A DNA stretch of 64,000 nt, taken from assembly GCF_009914755.1 (NCBI RefSeq), contig NC_060926.1. The stretch is one strand, 5' to 3'. The notes below the pieces were generated by a model. The model made no database searches, was not told where the DNA came from, and worked only from the letters and a program-made list of their open reading frames with translations. Position 1 is the first letter of the stretch. Every line of letters starts with the position of its first letter. This DNA comes from the human T2T-CHM13v2.0 reference genome, Homo sapiens. Position numbers and translations under genes: made by a program. Below, one piece after another: positions 59,338-64,000 of this stretch.

Positions 59338-60639
59338 CTGAGGGACATTGTTTGTGGGGAGGAGGAAGGCGGGGCCAAAAGGGTGACCACTCAGATTAAT
59401 TTGGATTGTATCTATCTTACTGAAGCACAATTTAAGGGATGGCCTGGACTTTTAAAACAGAACAGCTGTTTTGCATTTGAAGTTTCACTCTCTACTGAGT
59501 TTCTATGAAGTACTTTGTTTTAAACAAACCATATCAAAAGTAGTTCCCAGTGAGTGGGTGTTGGAAACTTAGTGTACATTTTCTGTTGAAGTATTTCGAA
59601 AGCATCGAAGGTAAACAGGTGAAGGCTGTTAATTACGACTAATTTTAATTACTACTAAAATTTACATTTTACATAATCTGTGCGTTGTTAAAAATGTATT
59701 CAACGTCCTAGTGTGTTAATGTATTCACTGCATTATCCACAGTTTGTACTCATTTCTCTAAACTAACTGCTAAAAAAATATTTCCGATGTTCACTGTGAA
59801 ACTTGCTTTAACAAGTAGATATTGTGGTCTAAGTGAACGGACGTCCGCTGCCCCGCTGCGAGGAATTGTGCTGTCCTCAGCCTGTTGTGGCATTACGCAG
59901 AGGGCCTTGAAACCTACCCAAGGCTTGGCTCTTTAGCAGTAGCTCCAAAGCGCTTAGCATTTTCTTAGAAGAATGACTTGGTACTGAAATTTTGTATAGT
60001 CTGGGGAGCAGCAAGTTATTGTACTCAGGAAGTTCACATTCTGATTAGTCTGTAAATCCTGGGTAAACTCAAAGTGATGGATTGAATATAATTACTCAGT
60101 ATGTTTGCAGTGCACATCGCCATAGAAACAACTATTCATATAAAGCAATAGAAGTATAATTCTTGGTTGTGTAACTAGTTATGTGGAAAAACTATGACTA
60201 GCAAAGAACTGCAGAATCAGGATCATCAAATGTAAAGATTTGCATTCTGTAAACAATATGCTTTGTTTGCATGAGACCATTTCAAGCAATTTGAGCACAG
60301 TGGGGCACTACTAGTTACAACCCAATACTCAGTCCTTTGATTTTTAAAAATATAATTATGAAGTATATTATAAACGAAATATAATTAGTATATTATAAAT
60401 AAAATATAATTATATTTCAAACATCCAGAAGAGAGGGAAAATACCAAAAACCACCCACATAATAGGTTTTAACATTTTACCGTATTTGCTTCAAGTCTTG
60501 TTAAATTGAAATTCTGTTGCAACCCCCACCATTCCTCTGTCCCAGTTCTATCCTTCTTCTCTTATCTCCATAGTAATTGCTATCCTGAATTTTCATTTTA
60601 TTCCCTACCATATTTTTATATTTTTACTAAATGTGTAGG

Positions 60640-61793
<1,154 letters not shown>

Positions 61794-61840
<47 letters not shown>
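61794..61840. repeat. (TG)~23 microsatellite
   Basis: seen directly. Confidence 0.97.
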
Positions 61841-61843
<3 letters not shown>

Positions 61844-63144
61844 AAAGCGTAAATAGTATATGTTTTTAATCTTTGTATAAATGCAGAATATATTTATCAC
61901 TCTGCAGGGTTTTATTTTTCCTTGAAATGTTTCCAATATTTATCACGTTGATACATATAGAACTCTCATTAATTTCATGACTACAACACAATATTCTCTT
62001 TTTTATTGTCATTTTGGTTGTTCATGATTTCTCGCTATTATAAATGACGCTGTGATGGATGTTCTTGTATATATCTCTTCATGTAGAAGCACAAGAAAAT
62101 TTCTGGGGTATATATCTCCCTAGGAAGGAATTGCTAAGCCACACAGGATGCACATCTACCATTCAGAATATTGCCAACTTGCTCTCCAAACATGTAGTAC
62201 AAATTTGCACTCATACCAGCAGACTGATGAACCTTCCTTTTCTCCATATTCTCACCAACTCTTTGAATTTCCAGATTAAAAAAATAAATTTCGGAGTCAG
62301 AAACACAAATGACATATCGCTTTTTTTGCTTGTCTCTGATTAATAATAAAGATAGTCACTTTCTCATGTGTTACTTTTTGGTGAACTACGTATTCATGTC
62401 CTTTGTCCATTTTTCATTTTTTTGTAAGAATTATTTCTATATTGTGGCTATTAATTATTTGCAGATTATATGCATTGCAAATATATTCTCCTAGCCTGTG
62501 CCTTGCCTTCTGTATGTATATGTAGCATTCTTTATTGAACAGATGATTTTAATTTTAACAGTTTTATTAGTTTCTTTTTTAATGGCTTATGTGCCTTAAG
62601 AAGTCTTTCCTCCACAAACTTATAAAGATATTAAGCCTTATATCTTTTTAAAGTTTTAATCTTTTTTTTTCACACATAGGTAATCACTCCACCTCAAATT
62701 TATTTTTATATATGATATATGGGATGAACTTAATTTTCTTTTTTTCTATATGGATAACTAATAGGTCCAGCTCCATTTATTGAATAGTGCATCCTTTCCC
62801 TATTAGATCTTGCTCAACCCTCACAATTTTAGCTAAACAACCTAACCTCTGATTTATTATAAAAGCTAATATTTACTGTATATACAATAATAACATCACA
62901 CTTTTGATGATGATGGCATATGTTAATAAGCTATCTTCTCAGGCAAGATTTTTTCATGGCAAGTTTACCAAAGCTATAAAAAATGTGCAATGGAAAGGAG
63001 ACAAAAGATGTGTGTCATTATTAACAGGTAAAAACACCCCCAAAAGTTGAGGATCACCTTAATGTAATGTGGGATATACACCAAGATTGGACAGGCCAAC
63101 AGTTGTAAGGCAGTTGTAAGGCAGCCTATTGATTTATAAATTAC

Positions 63145-63287
63145 CTTCTATCCACTTTTGGGGAAGAAAAAAATAAATATCTGCAAGGGCAAAGATTCTT
63201 TCATGCAACATAACTTCGTGAAGAAGTAGTTTTAGGACCGTAATCAGATTAAAGTTCATGATGGCTACAGACGCACTACCAGCAGGT
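63145..63287 (-). other. Candidate exon (143 nt) containing an ATG-initiated open frame
   Basis: acceptor ...gaattctacag|, donor AAG|GTAATT; gccatcATG starts MNFNLITVLK...QKWIE, open to the donor. Confidence 0.3.
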
Positions 63288-64000
63288 CTGTAGAATTCCC
63301 AGGAAGCAAAGGGATAGGAGCTTCTGGGGTTTGATGTCATTCAGAGAAGCAAATGAAGTTAGTGTAACAAGTGTTGCTTCCCTACTTCTACTCTGGAAAG
63401 AAAACAGGACAATAAAGGCTTCGTGGCAAATGTGCGTGGGGTGGAGTCAAGCTTTAGGGAAGCAGCACTGTTTGCAGGGAAGATGACCTCACTGCCCTCC
63501 TCTTCAGTTCTGGTATCATTTTTGGGTGAGCTGAATCCAACCATACATCCCTGGTGAGGGGTGCTCTAAATGGCTGCCAAGATGGCCCCTCCAGTGGGCA
63601 GCACTGATTGACAGGTGCTCAGCAAGGCCTTGTTCTCCAAAGCAGGAAGAAATCCCGTTTCCTTCAGTGGCTTGCTTTTTCTTCCACCTTCCTTTCTGCC
63701 ACTTTGCCACCCTAGCCTTCCTCTACTTCTTTCTTCCTCTCTCAACTTTTTATTAAAAAAAGAAAGAAAAATCCCAGCAGGAGTTGTTGCTCCTAGTTCC
63801 CCTGGAAAAGCGAAATAAGTACTCAGCAACAGGCATTAAATATTCAGGCCTTTTGTTAAGAAAAAAATCGTCATTGTGGTTTTTCTTTCTTGAGGCCCAG
63901 GGGAGAGAAACAATGGGATTTTCTCTCTCCCTCTTCCACAGAATTCCCTCCTGAGCTTATTCTCTGGAGGTCAACAGATCCTTTTCAGCCACAGCTCACT

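Noticed and set aside
63100-63124. 11-bp tandem duplication cagttgtaagg x2
   Set aside because: This is an ordinary micro-duplication.
63568-63605. CTCF-like (cctccagtgggcagca) and YY1-like (aagatggc) motifs
   Set aside because: The CTCF core has a mismatch at a conserved purine and needs PWM scoring or ChIP data. The CTCF-like site in the 57.57-kb LTR is also degraded.

Overview
This is primate (probably human or great ape) non-coding genomic DNA, not prokaryotic. It contains 26 Alu/FLAM copies including AluY, a full-length THE1D/MSTA-type MaLR provirus with a perfect 5-bp TSD (32807-35176), and many old L1M, L2, MIR, L3, MLT1/ERVL and hAT/Tigger fragments. I see no recognisable protein-coding gene, tRNA, rRNA, snRNA or CRISPR array. 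Most of the long ORFs in the ORF track lie in Alu, LTR, DNA-transposon or microsatellite sequence. Repeat subfamily names come from my memory of consensus sequences, and boundaries of old repeats are approximate (+/- 20-50 bp). The most interesting non-repeat signals are: (i) a chain of six minus-strand exon candidates (63287 down to about 23400) suggesting a spliced lncRNA with small ORFs; (ii) a 34-bp segment at 1610 that appears copied from 5.5 kb away; (iii) a perfect nuclear-receptor IR1 palindrome in a CpG-retaining island at about 19.8 kb; (iv) a perfect NRF2/MAF ARE plus E-box at about 58.6 kb; (v) an inverted repeat that could occlude a splice donor at about 59.1 kb; (vi) an AluY lacking a TSD at a likely deletion junction. 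None of these demonstrates a new biological system. They are testable hypotheses.
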